A stretch of DNA of 29,627 nt from Candidatus Hydrogenedentota bacterium (GTDB lineage Bacteria > Hydrogenedentota > Hydrogenedentia > Hydrogenedentales > SLHB01), in contig JAWXCN010000024.1 of the NCBI GenBank assembly GCA_034408725.1, positions 1-29,627 of the forward strand, given 5' to 3'. Below, one piece after another: positions 20,429 through 28,377 of this stretch; position 1 is the first letter of the stretch; every line of letters starts with the position of its first letter. The notes beneath the pieces were generated by a model, which saw only the letters and a list, made by a program, of their open reading frames with translations, searched no databases and was not told where the DNA came from. The position numbers and the translations under genes were made by a program.

Positions 20429-20430
20429 GG

Positions 20431-22191
20431 CTAGTCGAAGATGTTGGACTCGCTCAACGCGCCTGCAACCGCCAATAAATTGTGCGCAGCGTTGTCGATA
20501 CGCAGTTCGTTGTTGTGCTCCGTCGTTCGAATTCCCCCCGTGACGATGTCCCGCTTCGAGACGTAAAACAAGTCGATTGCATTGGAAAACTGTAGCTGCA
20601 TGATGCTGCGCATCCCGCGGCGCAGTGCGGTGCGGTATTGTTCCACGCGTTCCGCATCTTCAGCAGCTACTGCCACGCGATACGCCGCGACCAACCCTTC
20701 CATGTACACGCCGGTGGACGAAGCATGTGGCGGGCCATATCCTTTGAAGTCCGGCGAATAAAAGCGCCCCTTCATGTCGGGATAGGGAGCGTCGTCCCAT
20801 TGCTGCGTCGTCACAAGCCAATCATTCATTTCGAAAATGAAATCCCGCAACGATTCGTCCCGTGTTTCGAGATAGACCAGCGCGTACGCCTGTGTATGCC
20901 ACGGCACAAATGCCGGGTTCCGGTTCTTCCGATGCCAATCCCGGTAATATGTGAATGCCTTCATAATTTTCGCGAGCAACGCCGGGTCCTTTGATTCCGA
21001 ATACAGCGTTCCCCAGGCCAGCAGCGCCTCGCCGGGATAAAAATTTTCGTTGTCGTTACGGTCCGGGGGACGCAAGAACGTCCTGAACTCGCCGGTATCC
21101 GCATTCCACAGATGGTCCATGGTTCGCAGTAATGCCGCTTCCTGTTCCGCGTATTGCGCGCGATCCGGCGATTCCATGATCGCAAGCGCCGCGAGACCCA
21201 CGGCCCCCAGCTTGACGGTATTGCCGTCAATGATGGAGCCGAGTCCATCCTCCGCGCGGTAGTACGCGGAAATGCTCGCACCCAGATTTCTTCGCGCCAA
21301 TTCCTGCACGCCGCCATCATTCGTATGGCGTGCCCAGCGTGACAGCGCGATAGTGCCCAGCAATTCGCGAATCGTATTCGCCGCGTCACTGTACTCTCCC
21401 CGGCTCGGCCAATATTTGTACTTGAAAGAGCCATCCGGCCGCATGTCGTGTTGCATCCATCGCAGCAATCCGTCGCCGAGTGTGCGTACGTTGTCGCGGG
21501 TTACATGTTCAAAAGGCACAATCGTATTGCCGCGATACATCCGGGTAACGACTCCCGTTGGAACGTCTACCATAATCTGGTGAGCATCAAACGCCCTAAG
21601 CATCTCCAATCCGGATTCGCCCGCCCAATCATCGCGCGTCAGCGTTAACGCCTTCTCGAACGGCAAATTGCGCGCGATCATTTCCGTGGGCGCGAAACGG
21701 CGAAGTTTTTGTCCTTTGGCAATTTGCAGACCCAGAATTCCAACGTCCTTGCTTTGCGGCATGCGCGCGCCGCCAACCTCCGCTATCAGCCGGTAGTTGT
21801 GTGTGATGCAGATTTCGATGGTGGTGATCGTGGGCTCGTCAGCCGGCGACACTTCATCCCGCGCGATTGCGACCGCGCGACGAACGCTGTCCAACGCGGA
21901 CTGCTCCGCGGCCCACGCCCGGCCTTTTAACAGCCCATTCGATCTCAACGCGACATAAACAGGCATGTCGCTCGGTTCTGCCGGCAATGGAGATTTTTCT
22001 ATAGCGTTGCGTTGGAATTCCGCGATAGCGGAATCCCCAAGCGCTTGCGCATGTTCCGCAGACAACGCTGTTTCTTCGGTCGCCTTGGGTTGGGCCGCGC
22101 GCAAATTCCCGACCCAAGCTGCCAGCACGGCGCCCACCACCAATATCAATAGGAGTATATAACCCACCAGTCGCGTCCCCGTCCGCATCAC
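20431..22191 (-). CDS. Membrane-anchored protein with an AMMECR1-like N-domain and a six-hairpin-glycosidase-like (alpha/alpha) C-domain; function unknown
   Basis: N-terminal TM helix; PVYVALRSNG; C-domain motifs GSFKYKYWP, N.IR, KLGAVGLA, FYPGEALLA, FVPWHTQA, STGVYMEGL, RIDN..H. Start is GTG 22191 or ATG 22188. Confidence 0.6.
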   Translation of the reverse strand: MMRTGTRLVGYILLLILVVGAVLAAWVGNLRAAQPKATEETALSAEHAQALGDSAIAEFQRNAIEKSPLPAEPSDMPVYVALRSNGLLKGRAWAAEQSALDSVRRAVAIARDEVSPADEPTITTIEICITHNYRLIAEVGGARMPQSKDVGILGLQIAKGQKLRRFAPTEMIARNLPFEKALTLTRDDWAGESGLEMLRAFDAHQIMVDVPTGVVTRMYRGNTIVPFEHVTRDNVRTLGDGLLRWMQHDMRPDGSFKYKYWPSRGEYSDAANTIRELLGTIALSRWARHTNDGGVQELARRNLGASISAYYRAEDGLGSIIDGNTVKLGAVGLAALAIMESPDRAQYAEQEAALLRTMDHLWNADTGEFRTFLRPPDRNDNENFYPGEALLAWGTLYSESKDPALLAKIMKAFTYYRDWHRKNRNPAFVPWHTQAYALVYLETRDESLRDFIFEMNDWLVTTQQWDDAPYPDMKGRFYSPDFKGYGPPHASSTGVYMEGLVAAYRVAVAAEDAERVEQYRTALRRGMRSIMQLQFSNAIDLFYVSKRDIVTGGIRTTEHNNELRIDNAAHNLLAVAGALSESNIFD

Positions 22192-22221
22192 CGCAACGCC
22201 TTGCGCGACGGCCCTGCTCCC

Positions 22222-23796
22222 CTACGCATTGATGCGCCGTTCCGTTCCGTGACAGGCGCAGCCCGGCCAATTTTTGGAGTAGAGGAACGACTCCGGGCGC
22301 ACGCCGAGTTTGCCATTTACGACAAACGGTTCGCCACGTTCGGCGAGATGTTCGATCATGCGGTCGCGCCATTCGCTCAAATGCCTGCTGCCGTCGCTGG
22401 CGAGGTCGTGTTCCTCATTGGGGTCCTCGCGCAAGTTGAAGAACTGTTCCTCGCCGGTTTGGACATGAAAGATATACTTCGACTTTCCATCGGTCATGCC
22501 GGTCCAATGGTTCGATGCGTCGTAACAGACGTCATGCTCCAGATCGATCGCGTCACGCCAGTTGGGATTCTGATCCGCGATTAGCGGCAAAATGCTTGTG
22601 CCATCGAGTCCTGCCGCGGCAGCAGCGTTTCCCGCGGCATCGAGACACGTCGGGAGTATGTCCCGAATTTCGACGGGCTGATCCAAAATTTTTCCACGCA
22701 ACTCGGACAATGCACCCTTGGGCCAGCGCACGAGCAGCGGCACCTTCGCCGATGCTTCATACGCGTACGACTTACGCCACAAATGATGATCGCCCGTCAT
22801 GTCGCCGTGATCGGAAATATAGAGGATGAGCGTGTTCTCAAGTTTGCCTGCTTCCTCGAGCGCCGCGAGGATTCGGCCAATCTGTTCATCCACAAACGAA
22901 ATCGAACCGTAATACCCCTGCCGGGCGGTGCGTACAGTGTCCGCGCCCATGTCACCGTGCCAGTAATCGGGGAAATCTTCGCCCGGCTGCGCATACTTCT
23001 CGGCCCATTTGCCTACGCGCGCCTTGGGAAGATCGGTTTCTGCATACCGGTCCCACCAACGTTGCGGTGGGTCCCACGGACTGTGCGGACGCGCAAACGA
23101 CACTTTCAGAAAAAACGGTTCGGGCTGCTGATAAGTTGAAATGAAATTTACCGCGGTGTCGCCGGTCCAATGCGTCGGATGCGCTTCATCCGCCAACTTA
23201 TAGGGCCACGCGCGATGATCATTGAACGTCAGGCCGGTAACATCAGGGTCGATGGTGGGATAGTTCGTCATGAGCCACGCGCGATAATCGCTTCGAAATT
23301 CAGGAGTCATCTCGCGGCCCGATTCATCGAGAATTGTGCGATGAAACCCGTGCAATTGCCGTTGCGGGTGCCAGTGCATTTTGCCGATGCCCAGCGTGTA
23401 ATAACCTGCGTCCCGCATCGCCTGCGGCATTTCCACCGCATATCCCTCGCCGATGCGGCCGTAACCCAACATGCCATGCCGCCACGGCGCGAGACCGGTG
23501 AGCAATGCCGTGCGCGCAGGGGTGCAGGTCGGCGTCGTTGAATACATGTTCGCGAACCTCGCGCCTTCACGCGCAAGCCGATCCATGTTCGGCGTGTGGA
23601 CCGCGGCGTTGCCCGCGCAACCCATTGTATCGCCGCGATGCTGGTCCGACATCAGCAACAGCACGTTTGGCTTGCTGAGCGCCGGCAATTGCTCCGCGCC
23701 ACGGGCCGCTGGCGCGATGCCCGCCGCGGCCGCCACCGCGCCCAACTTCAGCATGTTGCGCCGCGTAAGCACTGGATGATTGCTACGGATCGGCAT
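22222..23796 (-). CDS. Tat-exported Cys-type arylsulfatase/choline-sulfatase-like enzyme
   Basis: TRRNMLK Tat signal; PNVLLLMSDQHR; CTPAR (CxPxR) followed by ALLTG; GKMH; SDHG; SD GGAGGA. Confidence 0.92.
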   Translation of the reverse strand: MPIRSNHPVLTRRNMLKLGAVAAAAGIAPAARGAEQLPALSKPNVLLLMSDQHRGDTMGCAGNAAVHTPNMDRLAREGARFANMYSTTPTCTPARTALLTGLAPWRHGMLGYGRIGEGYAVEMPQAMRDAGYYTLGIGKMHWHPQRQLHGFHRTILDESGREMTPEFRSDYRAWLMTNYPTIDPDVTGLTFNDHRAWPYKLADEAHPTHWTGDTAVNFISTYQQPEPFFLKVSFARPHSPWDPPQRWWDRYAETDLPKARVGKWAEKYAQPGEDFPDYWHGDMGADTVRTARQGYYGSISFVDEQIGRILAALEEAGKLENTLILYISDHGDMTGDHHLWRKSYAYEASAKVPLLVRWPKGALSELRGKILDQPVEIRDILPTCLDAAGNAAAAAGLDGTSILPLIADQNPNWRDAIDLEHDVCYDASNHWTGMTDGKSKYIFHVQTGEEQFFNLREDPNEEHDLASDGSRHLSEWRDRMIEHLAERGEPFVVNGKLGVRPESFLYSKNWPGCACHGTERRINA

Positions 23797-23892
23797 GGTA
23801 TTTCCTCCGATAGGCCTCGTTGCACCCAGTATAGGGAAATCTCCGACCCAATTGCGCTGCCGCTTTTTTTGAGTCTGTGTTCCTGTCTCATG

Positions 23893-23919
23893 GGTCCCAT
23901 ACGTCCTATTGGTCCTATG
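23893..23919. repeat. Three degenerate 9-bp tandem units
   Basis: GGTCCCATA-CGTCCTATT-GGTCCTATG in a divergent intergenic region. Confidence 0.55.
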
Positions 23920-23981
23920 GGCCGCTTGCGCTCACCACCAATCCTTGACCCATAATCACCGCTGCTGTCACACTTGCGCGC

Positions 23982-25034
23982 ATGAAAAGCAAACTGTCCT
24001 TTTCGATAATCGCGATTTCAATTCTCGCAACCTCAATCGTCTGCGGTTGCGCAACAACTTCGTCTGCTCGCCTGTCGCAACAAATCGGCGAATCTTGCGT
24101 GTTCATCGGCGAACAGCCTGCCAAATTCGCGTTCGTACCCGAGCGCAATGCGCCTATTGTTGTGCGAAACACCTACTTGCCGGGAACCGATACTACTGGA
24201 TTTGTTGAAAGCCGGGACTACGTAATCGACTATGCGAATGGCACGGTCCGCCGAACTTCCGAATCGCGCATCCCCAATTTTCAAAAAAATATCCTTTACG
24301 GTCAGGACAACTTTGACCACAACAAATTTCCCGGATTCGGGAACAAAGGCTACTTCGCGTTTGTCGACTACACGCCTAAGTCGAAGTTCCAATGGCCCCG
24401 CCGGAAGGGCCAAACCAAACTGCTGAAAAATGCGCGCGCGAAATTGCGAAGCGGCGCGCCGGTCAAGATTGTCGCCTATGGCGACAGCATCACGTCGGGT
24501 GGCGACGCCACAAAACTAGAACTGATTTTCTGGCGACGCTGGGCAGATGCGTTGCAAAAGAAATATCCGAGCGCGGCAATCACCACAGTCAATGGCGCGA
24601 CGGGCGGCGACAGTACGGTGCAAGGCCTCGCGCGGCTGCAGGAGAAAGTGCTCGGGGCGCAGCCCGATCTGGTGTTAATCGGCTTTGGCATGAATGATCA
24701 CAATCGCGGGGGCGTGCCGATTCCGCAGTTTGAATCCAATCTCAAGGAGATGATCGCGAAAATCCGCGCGGCGACAACAGCGGAGATCGTGTTGTTTTCC
24801 GCATTTCCGCCCAATCCCAAATGGACCTACGGCACGCACAACATGGAAGCCTACGCCGTCGCCACCGGGCGTGTGGCGGCGGAAACGAACTGCGCATTCG
24901 CCGATGTGTTCAGCAACTGGCAGACTATCGCAACCCGGAAAAAGCCCGAAGACCTCCTCGGCAACAACATCAACCATCCCAACGATTACGGCCATTGGAT
25001 TTATTTTGAAACACTGAATGCAATGGGATTGTGA
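23982..25034 (+). CDS. SGNH/GDSL hydrolase-family lipoprotein
   Basis: Lipobox-like IVCG-C; block I AYGDSIT, block II NGATGG, block III IGFGMND, block V NNINHPN. Confidence 0.88.
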   Translation: MKSKLSFSIIAISILATSIVCGCATTSSARLSQQIGESCVFIGEQPAKFAFVPERNAPIVVRNTYLPGTDTTGFVESRDYVIDYANGTVRRTSESRIPNFQKNILYGQDNFDHNKFPGFGNKGYFAFVDYTPKSKFQWPRRKGQTKLLKNARAKLRSGAPVKIVAYGDSITSGGDATKLELIFWRRWADALQKKYPSAAITTVNGATGGDSTVQGLARLQEKVLGAQPDLVLIGFGMNDHNRGGVPIPQFESNLKEMIAKIRAATTAEIVLFSAFPPNPKWTYGTHNMEAYAVATGRVAAETNCAFADVFSNWQTIATRKKPEDLLGNNINHPNDYGHWIYFETLNAMGL

Positions 25035-25035
25035 T

Positions 25036-25109
25036 CGGAGCGCGGGTTTTCCAACCCGCGATTGATTTGTCCTATCATGAAATCGGCGGGTTGGCTTACC
25101 CGCCCTCCG
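25036..25109. repeat. REP pair, inverted relative to the 11974-12079 copy
   Basis: GGCGGGTTGGCTTACCCGCCCTCCG (25085-25109) is the exact reverse complement of 11974-11998; left unit CGGAGCGCGGGTTTTCCAACCCGC. Confidence 0.85.
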
Positions 25110-25129
25110 CAAAATGGGGATTTTAGAAC

Positions 25130-26011
25130 ATGGACGTGGTTCGGGTTCGATGGACGGTATTGGTGGTCGCGATTGTAGTGAGCTTTTACGCGTTCGCAGA
25201 AGATAACGCTTCGGCGGTTGAAGAATTCGCGGTTACCATCGGCGATCGAACCGTCAATGTCCGTGTACTCACGCCTCCCGCGGAGAAATTGAGTGCCGAG
25301 CCTGCTCTCCTTCTGACGTTCGCCACAGACCGTGTGACGAACCTGACGAAACCGCCCTACTCGCTCACCGCCGAATATTTTCTTGCGCAAGGCCATCGCG
25401 CGGCAAGTTTTGATCTGCCGGCGCACGGCGAGCGCGTCGATGCGCATGGCGGCCAAATCGAAGGGTTGCGTAACGCATTTGTCGCGGGAGTGGACCCCTT
25501 CGCCATGCTGGTGGAAGACGGCATAGCCGTCATTGACGAATGCATCCGGCGCGGGATCGCGAAAGAGGGCCGTATCGCCGTTGCGGGCACGTCACGCGGA
25601 GGGTACATGGCGTTGCGGCTTTTCGCGGGCGACAAACGTATCGCCAGTGCCGCGGGCTATGCGCCCGTAACGGATTGGCGCGTGCTCAGCGAGTTTGTCG
25701 CGGATAAAGAGAACGCGGACGTCGCGAAACTCGCGCTCAAGAATTTTGTGAATGACATGAATGGCCGCCATGTGTTTGTCGCCATCGGCAATGCAGACGA
25801 ACGCGTTGGCACGGACGACTGTGAACAGTTCGTAAAGGCATTGGTCGATGCGAATAAAACACCGGGGTTCGACCCGTCCCTCGTGGATTTTCACCTCACG
25901 GAGGACAAAGGCCATTCGCTCAGCGATGATTGGTACAGGCGTGGTAGAAAGTTTGTGTTTGAACACGCGACAAGTTCAACCCCCGAAAAATTGCCAAACA
26001 CTACCCGTTGA
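25130..26011 (+). CDS. Secreted alpha/beta-fold hydrolase (S9 peptidase/esterase-like)
   Basis: Signal peptide ending AFA-E; DLPAHGER; nucleophile elbow GTSRGG; candidate triad Asp (DERV) and His (KGH). Confidence 0.82.
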   Translation: MDVVRVRWTVLVVAIVVSFYAFAEDNASAVEEFAVTIGDRTVNVRVLTPPAEKLSAEPALLLTFATDRVTNLTKPPYSLTAEYFLAQGHRAASFDLPAHGERVDAHGGQIEGLRNAFVAGVDPFAMLVEDGIAVIDECIRRGIAKEGRIAVAGTSRGGYMALRLFAGDKRIASAAGYAPVTDWRVLSEFVADKENADVAKLALKNFVNDMNGRHVFVAIGNADERVGTDDCEQFVKALVDANKTPGFDPSLVDFHLTEDKGHSLSDDWYRRGRKFVFEHATSSTPEKLPNTTR

Positions 26012-26188
26012 CAGCGCCAGCGGTCTCGTGCGATCATGCGCTAAGCAATTCATGGTCGCTTTTTTCCCAGCGCTGCACCTGTAAGCGACCACAGGCTTTC
26101 CCGATCTTTGTTGTGCAACGCAGTTTCGTTGAGTCCAATCCACCAGATTTAGTGTGTAGACGGCGTGTTTCTCGCGCGGGAGACCACG

Positions 26189-26968
26189 ATGATTGCTCGG
26201 CCTTCTGCAGTTGTCCTTTCTCCAGTTGTTCCGCAGATCATATTTTTCGCCGCGATTGTCTTGGTTGGCGTAATGTCAGGCTGTGGCGTCAAGGCGGTGC
26301 CGAAATCGGCTGAGGTTAAAACCGAAAAATCACCCGCGGAGACCAAGCCGCCGGCACTTTCCGCCGAAACGCCTCCGTCATCTGACACATCCGCGATCGA
26401 CAATCTTCACGATTTGGCGACCGAGCCTTTGAAGGAACCGCTGTCCATCACGGACGAAAAGGCCGGGTTTGAATTCAGGGTCCCGCCAGGCTTCCGCTTT
26501 CCACGCTCATGGGATGGGGACGTAGACTTTGACGAGCAAAACAAGACACTGATGACCGAGTATTTCGTCGAGCCCGTGGATGATGCAAGTTGTCGAGTGG
26601 CCGTATTCCGTGTGCCGGCAAAATTGTCAGCACTTAAAGAAGAAAGTGAATTACTGCAAATGGCGGCGCAATGCGCCATGTCCTGGGACGAAGACAACCT
26701 AATCCAGGTAACAAAACAGTTGGGCGCCCGGGAATTGGACTTTGGCGACGCGCCAAACCAAGAGTGGCGGGTCCAGGCGAATATCGGTGGTAAGCCGCTC
26801 TATGCGCGAATCGTGGCATTCCTCATCGCGGGTCCCACGTTCGATACTGACCGAATTTGCACTGTTATATACGTTGACAAAACAGAAGAGGCGCTTGATG
26901 GTGAGAACGCCGAATTCTTTCTTGCGTCATTGAACATTTATAAAGTAAAGGTCAACAATCCCACCTAG
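26189..26968 (+). CDS. Hypothetical lipoprotein, possibly PsbP/Mog1-like fold
   Basis: ATG after GGGAG; hydrophobic stretch ending VMSG-C; Pro/Ser/Glu linker; DEKAGFEFRVPPGF opens the globular domain. Confidence 0.65.
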   Translation: MIARPSAVVLSPVVPQIIFFAAIVLVGVMSGCGVKAVPKSAEVKTEKSPAETKPPALSAETPPSSDTSAIDNLHDLATEPLKEPLSITDEKAGFEFRVPPGFRFPRSWDGDVDFDEQNKTLMTEYFVEPVDDASCRVAVFRVPAKLSALKEESELLQMAAQCAMSWDEDNLIQVTKQLGARELDFGDAPNQEWRVQANIGGKPLYARIVAFLIAGPTFDTDRICTVIYVDKTEEALDGENAEFFLASLNIYKVKVNNPT

Positions 26969-27038
26969 GAAAATCAAAGGTAATCGGTCTGCGAATCCAT
27001 TCGACGAGGCTAACGCGCGGATTTCCTTTGCAATACGC

Positions 27039-27878
27039 TTAAGCTTCCCAAGTCCCCGTATACACCTCTGTCGCTGGGCCTTCCTGATAAACAAATCCGT
27101 CCTCTGCCCATTCAATCGTGAGCGTGCCGAAGACAAGGTGAACGTTTACCCTGCGATTGGTGCGGTCCGTTATCATGCACGCTAGCGCGGACCCGCACGA
27201 CCCGCTGCCGCTGGCCATGGTAATGCCGCTGCCGCGTTCCCAGATGCGCATGACAATGTTTTGGCGATCCTGCACGGTGACAAATTCAACATTCGTCCGT
27301 TGTGGAAACACGGGGTGATGCTCGATCTTTGGTCCGATCTCCGCCAAAGGCATTTTTGTCGCGTCATCGACAAAAAACACCGCGTGCGGATTTCCAATGT
27401 TCGCGCACGTGACGCGCATCGTCGTGCCGGCGACGTCTATCGGTTCTTCCAACACGCGGCCGGGCGCGCCGATCATCGGAATCTCCGCGCGATCAAATTT
27501 GGGTTTGCCCATGTTCGACCGCACGCGCGTGACGATGCCGTTTTCCACCGTAAGTGTCACGCGGTTTGGTCCCGCGAGCGTGTCGATCACGAAATCAGTC
27601 TTCTCCGTCATACTGCGTTCGTACACGTACTTTGCGAAACATCGAATGCCGTTGCCACAGGTTTCCGCTTCGCTGCCATCGGCATTGAATATCCGCATGG
27701 CGAAATCCGCGCCGTTCTTCCCCGGCTCGATCAGAATGATCCCGTCAGACCCCGCGCCAAGATGCCTATGACTTATCAATTTCGACAATGCGGGTGGATC
27801 AGCAATGGGATACTTCGCAGTTTCGATGAAAAAATAATCGTTGCCAAGCCCATGCAATTTTGTAAATTCAATCGTCAT
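27039..27878 (-). CDS. dapF: Diaminopimelate epimerase-family protein (second catalytic Cys replaced by Ser)
   Basis: FTKLHGLGNDY, GSDG, FNADGSEAETCGNG, GNPHAV, TNVEF, WERGSGITMASGSG; SD AAGGTG. Confidence 0.88.
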   Translation of the reverse strand: MTIEFTKLHGLGNDYFFIETAKYPIADPPALSKLISHRHLGAGSDGIILIEPGKNGADFAMRIFNADGSEAETCGNGIRCFAKYVYERSMTEKTDFVIDTLAGPNRVTLTVENGIVTRVRSNMGKPKFDRAEIPMIGAPGRVLEEPIDVAGTTMRVTCANIGNPHAVFFVDDATKMPLAEIGPKIEHHPVFPQRTNVEFVTVQDRQNIVMRIWERGSGITMASGSGSCGSALACMITDRTNRRVNVHLVFGTLTIEWAEDGFVYQEGPATEVYTGTWEA

Positions 27879-27893
27879 CGAAACACCTTTTTA

Positions 27894-28374
27894 ACCACGA
27901 AGACACGAAGAACACGAAGGAATCAAATCTGATTCGGTTCAATTCTATTACATAACAAGTCGGCGAATGCCATCCTTCAGGTAATGTTCATTAAAGTTTG
28001 GCAGCAATCCGGTTTTGATCCTGGAAAGCTTTAGATATGTCAATACCTGTGTGTTGTGGATCGGTAACAGTGAATCGACGCTTTTCAATTTCGTGACCAA
28101 CGAATCCTCGACCACGAGATCGAGTCGATATCCGCAGTCTAGCTTGAGCCCTTTGTACTCGATTGGTAACGGGGCCTGCGCCCGGAAAGCTATTCCCGCA
28201 AATCCAGCTCGTGCTTTAAACACCGCTGAGATGCGGATTCCAAAAGCCCAGGACCAAGTTCTCGATGAACCGCTAACGCGCAACCAATCACCCTGTTTGA
28301 CAAAGCATCAAATTCCATTGCAAGCCCCTTCCCGTTTTCTCCTTCTTCCTTCGAGTTCTTCGTGTCTTCGTGGT
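27894..28374. mobile_element. Putative inverted-repeat-bounded GxxExxY cassette inserted between ddl and dapF
   Basis: ACCACGAAGACACGAAGAACACGAAGGAA (27894-27922) and TTCCTTCGAGTTCTTCGTGTCTTCGTGGT (28346-28374) are 28/29 inverted matches; the interior is visibly more AT-rich than the flanking genes. Confidence 0.65.
27948..28318 (-). pseudogene. Frameshifted GxxExxY protein (PD-(D/E)XK nuclease superfamily, PDDEXK_3)
   Basis: From ATG 28318: MEFDALSNRVIGCALAVHRELGPGLLESASQRCLKHELD, with TAG shortly after; a second frame continues AGIAFRAQAPLPIEYKGLKLDCGYRLDLVVED...QVLTYLKLS..KTGLL.NF. Total 371 nt implies a 1-nt loss near 28200. Confidence 0.88.
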
Positions 28375-28377
28375 GAG

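Noticed and set aside
28190-28210. Programmed frameshift in the GxxExxY gene
   Set aside because: No slippery run at the site, and additional motif-destroying substitutions favour decay.
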